Shown: in pieces, positions 28,333-39,180 of the stretch
How positions within the stretch are numbered: the first letter of the stretch is position 1
Layout: every line of letters begins with the position of its first letter
Program-made: the position numbers and the translations under genes
Notes under the pieces: model-generated
Database searches by the model: none
What the model saw: only the letters and a program-made list of their open reading frames with translations
What the model was told of the DNA's origin: nothing
DNA from: Candidatus Omnitrophota bacterium
Lineage (GTDB): Bacteria; Omnitrophota; Gorgyraeia; Pluralincolimonadales; Pluralincolimonadaceae
DNA length: 64,000 bases
NCBI GenBank assembly: GCA_028716565.1
Contig: JAQUPL010000001.1
Location: forward strand, 147,545-211,544
Reading direction: 5' to 3'

Positions 28333-29544
28333 TTGGACAGAATAAAAAAGATACTTATCATTTCGTCGGACAAGAGCCTGAGGGAAGTCTTAAGCTTTTG
28401 TTTCGACGGCTGGGGTTATGAGGTATTCCTGCACGAATCCCCGCTTCACGAAGTCATGCCGATAAAGATGATATCTCCCGACGTCATAGTGGTGGATGTG
28501 CATTCCGCCAGCAAGGCGCACCTCGAGATATGCCGCCTTTTAAAAGACGATTTCGTTACCGCCTTTATCCCGGTCATAACCCTCATCAACAAGCGCCAGC
28601 TCAGGACGCAGCTGCTGAACCTGAAACAGGGCGTAGACGACTACCTGATCAAGCCGCCGGACCCGCTCGACCTGCGCGTGAGGGTGGAGATGGCGATGCG
28701 GAGGTCGCAATACGGTTTCTACGCCAGCCCGCTTACAGGCCTGCCCGGAGGGCGGATAATCGAAGAGGCGGTGCAGGAGAGGCTAAAAAAAGACATCTCT
28801 TTTTCTTTTGGATACCTCGATATAGACAGTTTTAAATATTTCAACGATGTCTACGGCTACCTAAAGGGCGACAGGGCCATAATGCAGACCGCGTACGTCC
28901 TTTATACGACTATCAAGAAATACGGCAACAGCGAGGATTTTATCGGCCACATAGGAGGGGATGATTTCATGTTCATAACCTCCATCGATAAATTTAAAGA
29001 GGTCTGCCACAACATGATCCTCGCTTTCGACAGGATCATACCTTTCCACTATTCCCCGGATGACAGGAAGCAGGGGTTCATCTACGCGAAAGACAGGACG
29101 CGCAAGATGGTAAAAGTGGACCTTATGAGCATATCGCTCGCCGTCGTCAACAGGGAAAGCCACTCGGAATTGCGCAGCATAATCCAGATAAACGAGAGAT
29201 TGGCCGAGATCAAAGGCTTCCTTAAGGAGATATCCGGGAGCAAATTCATGGAGGACAGAAGGAACGGCAAGACCGGGGAATTCGTAGGGCCGCAGCTCTA
29301 TAAGAAGCCGGACGTATCTTCGGATCCCTATGTGCCGCTCGGGACTATCCTCCTTGAGAAGAAACTCCTGACGCCGGACCAGCTTGACGAGGCCCTTAAC
29401 CTCCACTGGAGGAGGGGTGTCCTCTTTGGCGAGATACTTAAGGAGCTCGGTTTTATTAAAGAAGAAGAGCTGCGTGAAGCCCTCAGGGAACAGTATAAAA
29501 CGAAGCACCATCCCCGTCCGCCAAAAATTATTCTTGACAAATAA
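28333..29544 (+). CDS. REC-like - degenerate GGDEF (GGDDF) - tandem MshEN/T2SSE_N-like motif protein
   Basis: 403 aa. Receiver-like N-terminus (VIVVDV...LIKPPDPLDL), GGDEF fold with IGGDDF, C-terminal LGTILLEKKLLTPDQLDEALNLH + FGEILKELGFIKEEELREALREQ matching the c-di-GMP-binding MshEN 24-residue motif. Confidence 0.65.
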   Translation: MDRIKKILIISSDKSLREVLSFCFDGWGYEVFLHESPLHEVMPIKMISPDVIVVDVHSASKAHLEICRLLKDDFVTAFIPVITLINKRQLRTQLLNLKQGVDDYLIKPPDPLDLRVRVEMAMRRSQYGFYASPLTGLPGGRIIEEAVQERLKKDISFSFGYLDIDSFKYFNDVYGYLKGDRAIMQTAYVLYTTIKKYGNSEDFIGHIGGDDFMFITSIDKFKEVCHNMILAFDRIIPFHYSPDDRKQGFIYAKDRTRKMVKVDLMSISLAVVNRESHSELRSIIQINERLAEIKGFLKEISGSKFMEDRRNGKTGEFVGPQLYKKPDVSSDPYVPLGTILLEKKLLTPDQLDEALNLHWRRGVLFGEILKELGFIKEEELREALREQYKTKHHPRPPKIILDK

Positions 29545-29561
29545 AATATAGATGGTAGAAT
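29534..29561 (+). promoter_or_regulatory. candidate promoter for metY leader (TTGACA-16-TAGAAT)
   Basis: TTGACA 29534-29539 (overlapping the upstream stop codon), TAGAAT 29556-29561. Confidence 0.4.
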
Positions 29562-29644
29562 TATACAAAATGATAAAGCGGCGATTTGAGGCGTATTGCT
29601 CCGCTTAATAAATGTGCTAAAAAGCAAACAAAGATTATTTGAGG

Positions 29645-29675
29645 CCCGTGCTTTTTAGCGCGGGTTTTTTGTTTT
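29645..29675 (+). terminator. intrinsic terminator/attenuator within metY leader
   Basis: CCCGTGCT-TTTT-AGCGCGGG hairpin followed by TTTTTTGTTTT, 45 nt upstream of the metY start. Confidence 0.6.
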
Positions 29676-29677
29676 AA

Positions 29678-31018
<1,341 letters not shown>

Positions 31019-31025
31019 GGTTAAA

Positions 31026-32156
31026 ATGACAGTCGAGAACAGCGTAGGCACAGTAAAAATAAAATACTTCACTTTCGCGGAACCCCCGCGCGAACTGAAA
31101 CTGGAGTCCGGCCAGGCCCTCGGCCCCATCACTTTGGCTTATGAGACCTATGGCACCCTGAACAGCCGGAAGAGCAACGCGATACTGATAGAGCACGCTC
31201 TCTCAGGCGACGCGCATGCCGCGGGTTTCCACGAAGGGGATAAGGACCCGGGCTGGTGGGATTCTATGATAGGTCCGGGCAAGGCCTTTGATACAACGAA
31301 ATATTTCGTGATCTGTTCCAATGTCATCGGCGGATGCAAGGGGAGCACAGGCCCTTCTTCGGTCAACCCGAAGACGGGGAAGCCCTACGCGCTGGAATTC
31401 CCGCTGATAACGATATCCGATATGGTCCATGCCCAGAGCCATTTGATAGGCCATCTCGGCATAGACAAGCTGCTTTGCGTGGTAGGCGGCTCGATGGGCG
31501 GGATGCAGACACTCCAATGGGTCGCGTCTTACCCTGACAGGGTGCGCTCTGCCATACCCATTGCTTCGGCGCTGAAACATTCCCCGCAGCAGATAGCTTT
31601 TAACGAGGTCGGAAGGCAGGCGGTAATGGCTGACCCGGAGTGGAGGGAAGGGGACTATTACGGGCACGGCCAACCCGAGAGGGGCCTGGCAGTCGCGCGC
31701 ATGGTCGGCCACATAACTTACATGAGCGACCAGTCGATGGAAGAGAAGTTCTCGCGCCGGCTTAAAGAGAAGAATTACAGCTTTACGTTCAAGACCGATT
31801 TCGAGGTAGAGGGTTATTTGAGATACAAGGGCGACGCCTTCGTGAAACGCTTTGACGCCAATTCATATCTCTATATAACCAAGGCCCTCGATTATTTCGA
31901 TCTTTCTGACGGTAAGCTTATACGCCAGGGTAAGGCCGTAGATACCCGCTTCCTGGTCATTGCCTTTAAGTCGGACTGGCTCTACCCGTCTTACCAGCTG
32001 CAGGATATCGTGCGCCAGCTTAAGACGAGGCATGTCGACGCCACGTATTGCGAGGTCAAGTCGACTTACGGGCACGACGCGTTCCTTCTCGAGGTTGAGG
32101 AGGAGACGCATTTGATCAGGCACTTTCTTAAAAAAGTATACAAGGAAGGCGAATAA
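31026..32156 (+). CDS. metX: homoserine O-acetyltransferase
   Basis: 376 aa, alpha/beta hydrolase. GGSMGGMQ nucleophile elbow. Typical MetX length and metW neighbour. Confidence 0.9.
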   Translation: MTVENSVGTVKIKYFTFAEPPRELKLESGQALGPITLAYETYGTLNSRKSNAILIEHALSGDAHAAGFHEGDKDPGWWDSMIGPGKAFDTTKYFVICSNVIGGCKGSTGPSSVNPKTGKPYALEFPLITISDMVHAQSHLIGHLGIDKLLCVVGGSMGGMQTLQWVASYPDRVRSAIPIASALKHSPQQIAFNEVGRQAVMADPEWREGDYYGHGQPERGLAVARMVGHITYMSDQSMEEKFSRRLKEKNYSFTFKTDFEVEGYLRYKGDAFVKRFDANSYLYITKALDYFDLSDGKLIRQGKAVDTRFLVIAFKSDWLYPSYQLQDIVRQLKTRHVDATYCEVKSTYGHDAFLLEVEEETHLIRHFLKKVYKEGE

Positions 32157-32161
32157 AATAA

Positions 32162-32755
32162 ATGGCTGAAGAAATAAAGAGACCGGACTATAAGATAATA
32201 TACGGGATCGTCGAACCCGGCTCGAGGGTATTGGACCTCGGCTGCGGCGAAGGGGACCTCCTTTGTCTCCTCTCGAAGGGAAAGGGGATAAAGGCGCAGG
32301 GGATAGAGTTGAGCGAAGACGCCATCTATAAATGCGTGGAGAAGGGATTAAGCGTATTCCACGGTGATATAGACAGCGGGCTCACCGAGTATCCGGATAA
32401 ATCTTTCGACTATGTGATACTCAACCAGAGCATGCAGGAGGTTAGGAAGGTAGATTTCGTGATAAACGAGGCGCTGAGGGTGGGAAGGAACGTAATAGTA
32501 GGATTTCCCAACTTTGCCTACTGGAGGGCAAGGTTCCGGCTTTTCCTAAAAGGCAAGACGCCGGTTACCCCCTCGTTGCCATACAGGTGGTATAATACCC
32601 CTAACCTGCATTTCCTGAGCATAAGCGACTTTAAGGAGTTCTGCGCGGAAAAGGGGATCTCTATCATCAGCGAGCATTATCTGGCGAAGGGCGGGGCGGC
32701 CGATTTTTTCCCCAATCTTTTCGCCTTAAACGCCGTATTCGTGATAACCAAGTAG
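32162..32755 (+). CDS. metW: methionine biosynthesis protein MetW
   Basis: 197 aa. SAM-MTase-like VLDLGCGEGDLL. Canonical metX-metW pairing. Confidence 0.8.
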   Translation: MAEEIKRPDYKIIYGIVEPGSRVLDLGCGEGDLLCLLSKGKGIKAQGIELSEDAIYKCVEKGLSVFHGDIDSGLTEYPDKSFDYVILNQSMQEVRKVDFVINEALRVGRNVIVGFPNFAYWRARFRLFLKGKTPVTPSLPYRWYNTPNLHFLSISDFKEFCAEKGISIISEHYLAKGGAADFFPNLFALNAVFVITK

Positions 32756-32775
32756 AAAAAAGAAAGGAGGGGGGC

Positions 32776-33498
32776 ATGAAAAAGATACTTATCATAATTG
32801 CCGCAGTCCTCGTTGTCTTATTTCTCGCGAAAGACTTTATCGCCGGTTCGCTTTTGACCTTAGGGGTAAGTTCCTTTACTGACCTTTCAGCTAGCGTACA
32901 ACACCTCAGCTTAGGCGTTTTCAAGAGCGCGGTCGATGTAAAAGGGTTTAAATTATACAATCCGCCGAAAGATTTCAGGGACAGGGTCATGGTGGATATG
33001 CCGGGTGTTTATATCAGCTACTATCCCGGCTCATTTCTGACCGGCACCAAACATCTCAAAGAAGTAAAACTCAATATCAAGGAGTTTGTGGTCGTAAAGA
33101 ACGCGAACGGCAAGCTGAATCTCGATTGCTTAAAACCTATACAGGCGCAGACGGACCGAAAGAGAGGGGACAAGAACCGGGATAAGAAGTTTAAGATCGA
33201 CGTCCTGGAGCTAAAGATAGACAAGGTCATATATAAAGATTATTCCCGGCCTGGCGAACCGGTGGTGAAAGAGTTCAATATAGGGGTTAATGAGCGTTAC
33301 GCCAATATAACCGACCCGTATTCTTTCGCTTCTTTGGTCGTCTTCAAGGCCCTGGCCAATACCAGCATCGCGTCTCTCGCCCATTTTGACCTTAGCCCGT
33401 TGAAGAGCGCCGCCTCGGATGCGCTCGTTAACGCGACGAAGAATGCGGTCGGCGCGGCGAGCGAAGCAGTAAAGAAACTGTTGCCTTTCGGTAAATAA
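32776..33498 (+). CDS. hypothetical exported/membrane-anchored protein
   Basis: 240 aa. N-terminal signal/anchor. RBS GGAGGGGGG. Confidence 0.4.
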   Translation: MKKILIIIAAVLVVLFLAKDFIAGSLLTLGVSSFTDLSASVQHLSLGVFKSAVDVKGFKLYNPPKDFRDRVMVDMPGVYISYYPGSFLTGTKHLKEVKLNIKEFVVVKNANGKLNLDCLKPIQAQTDRKRGDKNRDKKFKIDVLELKIDKVIYKDYSRPGEPVVKEFNIGVNERYANITDPYSFASLVVFKALANTSIASLAHFDLSPLKSAASDALVNATKNAVGAASEAVKKLLPFGK

Positions 33499-33503
33499 GA
33501 AAT

Positions 33504-33540
33504 AGAGGGAAGATAAGCCCTCTCATGAGATTTTTGTTTT
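33504..33540 (+). terminator. probable intrinsic terminator
   Basis: AGAGGG-loop-CCCTCT hairpin then TTTTTGTTTT. Confidence 0.4.
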
Positions 33541-33576
33541 GACACTTAATTTGTAAAGAGTTATAATAAGTTTGTC

Positions 33577-34359
33577 ATGAGAGTCGGTAAAACCCCTATT
33601 TGTTCGCAAATCAAGGAGCAAACGGCATTAAGTATAACAGCTTATTGTGCCTTGCTCCTTTTTGTTTTGAGCCAATCCGCTTATGCGCAGGACGGGGACG
33701 TCATATTGTGGGACGGGCTTGAAAGTAACAACAATTGGAGCATGAACACCGGCGGCAAAATGGCCGTTACCGCCGACCACAAGACAGAGGGGAACAGCAG
33801 CCTGGCGGTGAACGTTAACGGAGAGATCCCCGCGAGCGGCGTCATCATCAGGAAGACGAACGCCAATCTTAATGTTTCTTTCGCGAACCAGGTGATCCTG
33901 GATATCTATAACAGCGGAGACCCCTGTAAGATAGCGCTCGCTTTCGAGACAGGCAATTACCACGAAAGCGTTCCCAAGACCCTCAAAAGCGGGCTGAACA
34001 AGAATGTCACATTCGAGATCAGCTCAAGAGATTTCAAGGCCCCGTTTGATTATGTCACTACGGCAAATAACGTGATGTTCGTAGTGTATCCCGGCGACGG
34101 TTCGGTAGACCCGGTTTATCTCGATAATATCCGCGTAAAAAAATACGGCGGGCTCACATCGGTGCCTCCCGGGATTTCGCCCGCTATACAAGTTGCCGAG
34201 GCAGAAGAAACGGCTGTCGAAGCGGCCCCGGAATACACAGGCGCTTACAGCATATTAAACGGTTCGGTGCCCAACGAGAATACGGTGCCGGAACACAAGA
34301 CCGCCGTCATATTCGGCCTGGGCCTCGCCGGTCTCCTTTTTTATCGAAAAAAATCCTAA
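33577..34359 (+). CDS. secreted beta-sandwich (CBM-like) protein with PEP-CTERM-like C-terminal anchor
   Basis: 260 aa. Signal peptide; C-terminus VPEHKTAVIFGLGLAGLLFYRKKS (PEP-like motif + TM + basic tail). Domain paralogous to 36762 and 37387 (YLDNIRVKK vs YVDDIMF / YLDDLELVK). Promoter TTGACA-17-TATAAT directly upstream. Confidence 0.45.
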   Translation: MRVGKTPICSQIKEQTALSITAYCALLLFVLSQSAYAQDGDVILWDGLESNNNWSMNTGGKMAVTADHKTEGNSSLAVNVNGEIPASGVIIRKTNANLNVSFANQVILDIYNSGDPCKIALAFETGNYHESVPKTLKSGLNKNVTFEISSRDFKAPFDYVTTANNVMFVVYPGDGSVDPVYLDNIRVKKYGGLTSVPPGISPAIQVAEAEETAVEAAPEYTGAYSILNGSVPNENTVPEHKTAVIFGLGLAGLLFYRKKS

Positions 34360-34370
34360 AAACCCGCCCA

Positions 34371-35078
34371 TTGCGGTATAATATGCGCATGCTTAGATCA
34401 TTTTTTATTACGCTGGTTTTGCTTTTCCTGTTTTATTTTTCCCGAGTTTCCGCGGCTCCGGCATACGGCACCGATACCCCGGACAAAGGAAAGATCTCGA
34501 TAGGATATCAAGCCAACCTTGTATTTAAACACAGCTTAAACGACTCCCACGGCAGGATCAGGAGCTACCAGCATTTTGTCGACCTGTCTTACGGTGTATT
34601 AGACTGGTTCGCGTTCGACGGCAAGCTTGGCGTCGGCGACGTCAGGCAGAGCGGGGGAGACAGGCCGGAGATCAATTACGGGACCGGTTTCGCCGGAGGA
34701 TACGGGTTCAGGATCCTCCTCTGGAACAAGCCCTCGTATAAGGCCAGGGCCACTTTCGGCTTACATCATATAAGCGTCCATCCCACGGATGAGAATGTCG
34801 GCGGTAATTTGTACGAGACTTTCCTCGATGATTGGCAGCTCGACCTCCTCGCGTCCAAGAAATTCGGGAAGTTCGAGCCGTTCGTCGGCGGGAAAGCGTC
34901 ACTGTTCGACCAGGGCTATCGCGTAAACCACGGCGACAGGAAAAGGATGCACCCGAGATATTACGGCGGCGTGATAGCCGGCTTCGGGTTCGACCTCAGG
35001 GAGGACTTGACCCTGAAGGTAGAAGGCCATTTCATAGACGAAGATTCGCTGAGCGCCGGCCTTTATTATAAATACTGA
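34371..35078 (+). CDS. putative outer-membrane beta-barrel protein
   Basis: 235 aa. Signal peptide, alternating amphipathic strands, C-terminal aromatic YYKY. Confidence 0.4.
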   Translation: MRYNMRMLRSFFITLVLLFLFYFSRVSAAPAYGTDTPDKGKISIGYQANLVFKHSLNDSHGRIRSYQHFVDLSYGVLDWFAFDGKLGVGDVRQSGGDRPEINYGTGFAGGYGFRILLWNKPSYKARATFGLHHISVHPTDENVGGNLYETFLDDWQLDLLASKKFGKFEPFVGGKASLFDQGYRVNHGDRKRMHPRYYGGVIAGFGFDLREDLTLKVEGHFIDEDSLSAGLYYKY

Positions 35079-35095
35079 AAGAAGGGAAAAAGGAT

Positions 35096-35590
35096 ATGGA
35101 TATCTTTGAAGCGTTCAAAAGCAGGATAAGCGTCAGGGAATACAGCGATAAACCCGTTGAAAAAGAGAAATTGGAGAAGATGGTAGATGCCGGCCGCCTG
35201 GCCCCGACCGCGAGGGGCGAACAGCCGTGGGAATTTGTAATCGTAACCAACAAGGAAAAGGTAAAGGAACTCGCGGATATCACCGACCACGGCAAATTCA
35301 TGTCCGGGGCATCGGCGGCTATAGTCACGTTCTGCAAGGACACCAAGTATTACCTTGAGGACGGATGCGGCGCTACCGAAAACATCCTTCTCGCCGCCGC
35401 CGCCCAGGGAATAGCATCCTGCTGGATAGCCGGGGATAAGAAAGACTACGGGACAGAGATCGCGAAAGCCCTCAATGTCCCTGCAGATTTTAAATTGATA
35501 AGCATCATCTCGCTCGGATACCCTAAAGAAAAACCTCAACCTCACCAGAAGCGTCCGCTGAAAGAAGTCATGCACTGGGAGAAATTTTAA
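35096..35590 (+). CDS. nitroreductase family protein
   Basis: 164 aa. ISVREYSDKPV...RLAPTARGEQPWEFVIV nitroreductase N-terminal signature. Confidence 0.8.
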   Translation: MDIFEAFKSRISVREYSDKPVEKEKLEKMVDAGRLAPTARGEQPWEFVIVTNKEKVKELADITDHGKFMSGASAAIVTFCKDTKYYLEDGCGATENILLAAAAQGIASCWIAGDKKDYGTEIAKALNVPADFKLISIISLGYPKEKPQPHQKRPLKEVMHWEKF

Positions 35591-35611
35591 AAAACCCGTA
35601 AGGAGGCCGCG

Positions 35612-35845
35612 ATGAAAAAGGTAAAAATCTACAGCACGCCCACCTGCCCGCATTGCATAAGGGCCAAAAAATTCCTGGAAGAAAATAATGTCCCGTTTGA
35701 GAATTTTGACGTCGGCGCGGACCAGCAGAAATCCGAGGAGATGGTCAAGCTCTCCGGCCAGATGGGCGTCCCGGTCCTGGACATCGAGGGCAAGATAATA
35801 GTCGGCTTCGATAAAGAAGAAATAAAAAAAGAATTGGGGATATGA
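35612..35845 (+). CDS. glutaredoxin-like small redox protein (thioredoxin fold, CPHC)
   Basis: 77 aa. KIYSTPTCPHCIRAKKFL active site. Confidence 0.75.
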   Translation: MKKVKIYSTPTCPHCIRAKKFLEENNVPFENFDVGADQQKSEEMVKLSGQMGVPVLDIEGKIIVGFDKEEIKKELGI

Positions 35846-36747
35846 GCGTCTATGACCTTATAATCATAGGCGCGGGCCCGGCGGGCATCACCGCGGCCGT
35901 TTACGCGGCGCGCAAAAAGATGAGCATCCTGGTCATAAGCCCTGATATCGGCGGCCAGGCCGCCTGGAGCGGCGACATCGAGAATTATACCGGCTACCAG
36001 TTCATAAGCGGGCCTGACCTTGCCTCGAAATTCGAAGAGCATATGCGCAAGTATAACATCGCGCTCAAGGAAGGTGAGATGGCCATCGACCTTAAAAAAC
36101 TGGTGGATACATCGTTGGTAAAGACCGACAAGGGCGAGTACAGGGCCAAGGCCGTAATAGTCGCTTCCGGCAAGAAGTCCCGCGAACTGAGGGTGCCGGG
36201 AGAGAAGGAGTTCAAGAACAGGGGGCTGACCTATTGCGCCACCTGCGACGGCCCGTTATTTTCCGGGAAGGATGTGGCCATTATCGGAGGCGGAAACTCA
36301 GCCCTTGACGCCGCCCTGCAAATGGTAAAGATAGCGAAAAAAATATACGTCATAAATAATACTCCGCGGCTCGGGGGAGACCCTGTGATGCGCGAAAAGG
36401 TCGAAAAAGACCCTATCGTCACGGTCTTTAACGAGAGCCGCGTAACCGCTGTTTTGGGCGACAAATTTGTAAATGCCGTAAAGATAGCTGTCAGCGGCGA
36501 GGAACGCACCGTAAGCGTCCAGGGGATCTTTGTAGAGATAGGCCTGATCCCAAACACCGATTTCGCCAAAGACCTGGCCAAGAACGAGGTTGGCGAGATC
36601 AAGGTCAATAGCCGCAACGAGACGAACATCCAGGGCATCTTTGCTGCAGGCGACGTCACCGACGTCCCGGAGAAGCAGATAATCATTGCCGCAGGTGAGG
36701 GCTCCAAGGCCTGCCTGAGCGCGTTCAGGTATTTGTCGGAACACTGA
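35842..36747 (+). CDS. trxB: thioredoxin-disulfide reductase-like flavoprotein
   Basis: 301 aa. FAD motif IIGAGPAG, redox-active YCATCDG, NAD(P) motif IIGGGNSA. Confidence 0.85.
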   Translation: MSVYDLIIIGAGPAGITAAVYAARKKMSILVISPDIGGQAAWSGDIENYTGYQFISGPDLASKFEEHMRKYNIALKEGEMAIDLKKLVDTSLVKTDKGEYRAKAVIVASGKKSRELRVPGEKEFKNRGLTYCATCDGPLFSGKDVAIIGGGNSALDAALQMVKIAKKIYVINNTPRLGGDPVMREKVEKDPIVTVFNESRVTAVLGDKFVNAVKIAVSGEERTVSVQGIFVEIGLIPNTDFAKDLAKNEVGEIKVNSRNETNIQGIFAAGDVTDVPEKQIIIAAGEGSKACLSAFRYLSEH

Positions 36748-36761
36748 GGAGGAATGAACCT

Positions 36762-37373
36762 ATGAAAGTTATTGCTTTATCCGTTCTTTTATTGTGTGTG
36801 CTTGTGATGCCCTGCAGGGCGGCGCTTGCCGCGGACCTTATGGTTGCAAGTTTTGAGAATAACGGCCGCACCGACATCGGCACCGACATCGGCACGTGGG
36901 ATTACAATCCTGCCGACCCTAATCAGAGCTGTTCCATTGAGGTAGTACCCATGAAGGACGTATTGGGCAAAGCAGGGGTCGAGACCCATGTCCTGAAGAT
37001 ATCATATAGCGTGGCGTCGTCTATGCCGGCGTTCAACGGCATCTATATCAAGCTCAACAACGCGGACCTCAGTTCTTACGACGAGATGAGCATGCTGATC
37101 AAAGGCGACAACGAAAGGGGATTTACGACCCAATTCAAGGTCGAGATGAAAAATAACAAGGGCGAGCGCGTGGTATACCTTGTCAAAGACATAACCCTCG
37201 GCTGGCAAAAGATAGTAATACCGATGCAGGAACTAAAGGCGCTTGGCTCGATATCCGATTGGTCGAAGATGAAAGAGCTCGTCTTCACGTTCGACGACAT
37301 AACCGCGGATGTCAGGAAGGGCGCCATTTACGTTGACGATATAATGTTCTCGGAGAAAGAACAATCCCAATAG
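36762..37373 (+). CDS. secreted CBM-like beta-sandwich protein (paralog family)
   Basis: 203 aa. Signal peptide. Shares WQKI.IP...DW..I.E.VF.F......G..Y.DD pattern with 37387 and 33577. Confidence 0.45.
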   Translation: MKVIALSVLLLCVLVMPCRAALAADLMVASFENNGRTDIGTDIGTWDYNPADPNQSCSIEVVPMKDVLGKAGVETHVLKISYSVASSMPAFNGIYIKLNNADLSSYDEMSMLIKGDNERGFTTQFKVEMKNNKGERVVYLVKDITLGWQKIVIPMQELKALGSISDWSKMKELVFTFDDITADVRKGAIYVDDIMFSEKEQSQ

Positions 37374-37386
37374 GAAGGGGACAAAG

Positions 37387-38079
37387 ATGCGCTCGAAGAA
37401 GATAATCCTATTATTACTTTTGGCGGCGGGGCTTTTGATGCCGGGCCCTGTCTTTTGCGAAGAGATGCAGGTCAGTGTCCTCAAGATAGATGATTTCGAC
37501 GGCAAAGTGATGTTCAATTTGCTGGGCGGTAAGACGCAGGGCTATGAGGAAGCCGGGATCAAGTGCATACCGTCGTTTACCGATGACCCCAAAGAAAGGT
37601 ACGGCGACAAAGGCGCGTCGCTCAAGCTTGATTTTGACGTGACCAAGAGAGGGAGTTTCGCTTTTTACTGGACTATGCTGACCGTCAAGAAGAATATCGA
37701 AGTCGAAGGCAGGAATGTCGAGGTAATATCATTTGCGGCCCTGCGCGGCCACGATTTCCTGGAATTCCAATTCAAGGACCCGAAGGGGGGAGCCGACTTC
37801 ACGATAGAGGTGCATGAGGATGCCGACAGCGACGGCGTGTATATGATGGGGGTAGACAGGTCATCTATGGTGAATGCCGATCCGTATATTGACAGGACCG
37901 CCGCCGGAAAATGGCAGAAGATATCGATACCGCTTATCAAATTTGCGAACATCAAGGACTGGGACCGCATCCTTGAGATAGTCTTCGTCTTCAAGAGCGG
38001 ATACGGGATACCCAAGGGGACGGTTTATCTGGACGACCTGGAATTGGTAAAATATCCGAAGGAAGAGCCTTCGCAATAG
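37387..38079 (+). CDS. secreted CBM-like beta-sandwich protein (paralog family)
   Basis: 230 aa. Signal peptide. Paralog of 36762. Confidence 0.45.
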   Translation: MRSKKIILLLLLAAGLLMPGPVFCEEMQVSVLKIDDFDGKVMFNLLGGKTQGYEEAGIKCIPSFTDDPKERYGDKGASLKLDFDVTKRGSFAFYWTMLTVKKNIEVEGRNVEVISFAALRGHDFLEFQFKDPKGGADFTIEVHEDADSDGVYMMGVDRSSMVNADPYIDRTAAGKWQKISIPLIKFANIKDWDRILEIVFVFKSGYGIPKGTVYLDDLELVKYPKEEPSQ

Positions 38080-38101
38080 GGCCCCGGAGATCTCAAAAGG
38101 A

Positions 38102-38632
38102 GTGGAGATGAAAAAAACACTTTTTATTCTTGTTTTAAGCGTCGCCTTGTTTTCTCAGGTTGCCGGCATCAACGCGGAAGAACAAAGGACTTACATGAGC
38201 CCTTATTTCAATTTCGCGATAAATTATCCTTCTTCCTGGCAAGCCAGGGAATTAAGCGGTATGGTATTCTTTTTGTCTCCGCGCGAGGGTAACTCGGACG
38301 GTTTTACAGAAAACGTCGGTGTCACTATCGAAGACCTGGCTAAGAATCCGATGAGTTTGGATGAGTATGAGACGATTTCGCTTAAGAATGCCCCAAGCAT
38401 AATACCGGCTTTTAAATTGATAGAAAAGAACAACGCTAAAATAGACGGCAAGAATGCTTATTTTATGGTTTATACTGGCAGCGCACAGACTAGAAGCCTT
38501 AAATATAAGTCATACACGTTTATCACGGATTCAAAGGCGTTCACCTTGACTTATTCAGCCGAAAAGAAGAATTATGATAAATACCTGAAACGGGCTGAAC
38601 TCATAATGAGATCCATTAAAATAACGCATTAA
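38102..38632 (+). CDS. hypothetical exported protein
   Basis: 176 aa. Signal peptide, no motif. RBS GGAGTGGAG. Confidence 0.4.
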   Translation: MEMKKTLFILVLSVALFSQVAGINAEEQRTYMSPYFNFAINYPSSWQARELSGMVFFLSPREGNSDGFTENVGVTIEDLAKNPMSLDEYETISLKNAPSIIPAFKLIEKNNAKIDGKNAYFMVYTGSAQTRSLKYKSYTFITDSKAFTLTYSAEKKNYDKYLKRAELIMRSIKITH

Positions 38633-38678
38633 TATAGGGGACGCGTCAAAAGGGGAAGGTCAGGAAAGGGGATAAGGC

Positions 38679-39167
38679 GTGATAAAGAGATGCAAAAAAT
38701 GCAGGGTCCCGCTGGAAGGGTTTATGTATATATGGGTAGCGGCCAGGATCTTCAAGATCAAGCCCTCCGAAAAGGACCCGGAATTGTGTAATAAGTGCGA
38801 AGACATCACAAACATCCCGGTCCGGATCACAAGCGCATTTAGAGACCTGGTGGTATTGATCGTCGTCACCGTCATCGTATTGGTCATCTCGTATTTTTTT
38901 AGCGTATTCGAGTTTATCGTAAGCCTGTTCAATAAATATCCCCATTTGATAACTTATGTAGACGAGATCATAACATTCCTTTTGACCTTAAGCATCGGCT
39001 TCGCGATCTTCTCCTGGCGCAGATGGCGGGAAGTCAAAAAAGAGGCCGCTGAATGCATAAGACTGCAGGAAGAGCTTGTCAAGGCTGCCGATACAAAGGC
39101 GGAAACAGAGAAGATCATCAGCAAACAGCTTCACAGCGAGATCGAGCTGCGCAAGCAAAAGCGTTAA
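38679..39167 (+). CDS. hypothetical membrane protein with C-terminal coiled coil
   Basis: 162 aa. Two TM helices plus charged helix. True start uncertain. Confidence 0.35.
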   Translation: MIKRCKKCRVPLEGFMYIWVAARIFKIKPSEKDPELCNKCEDITNIPVRITSAFRDLVVLIVVTVIVLVISYFFSVFEFIVSLFNKYPHLITYVDEIITFLLTLSIGFAIFSWRRWREVKKEAAECIRLQEELVKAADTKAETEKIISKQLHSEIELRKQKR

Positions 39168-39180
39168 AATAATCATAGTG

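Noticed and set aside
36872-36900. Short tandem duplication GGCACCGACATCGGCACCGACATCGGCAC (possible repeat/CRISPR-like)
   Set aside because: Single 12-bp duplication inside a coding region (TDIGTDIG). No spacer-repeat periodicity. No CRISPR arrays were seen anywhere in the window.
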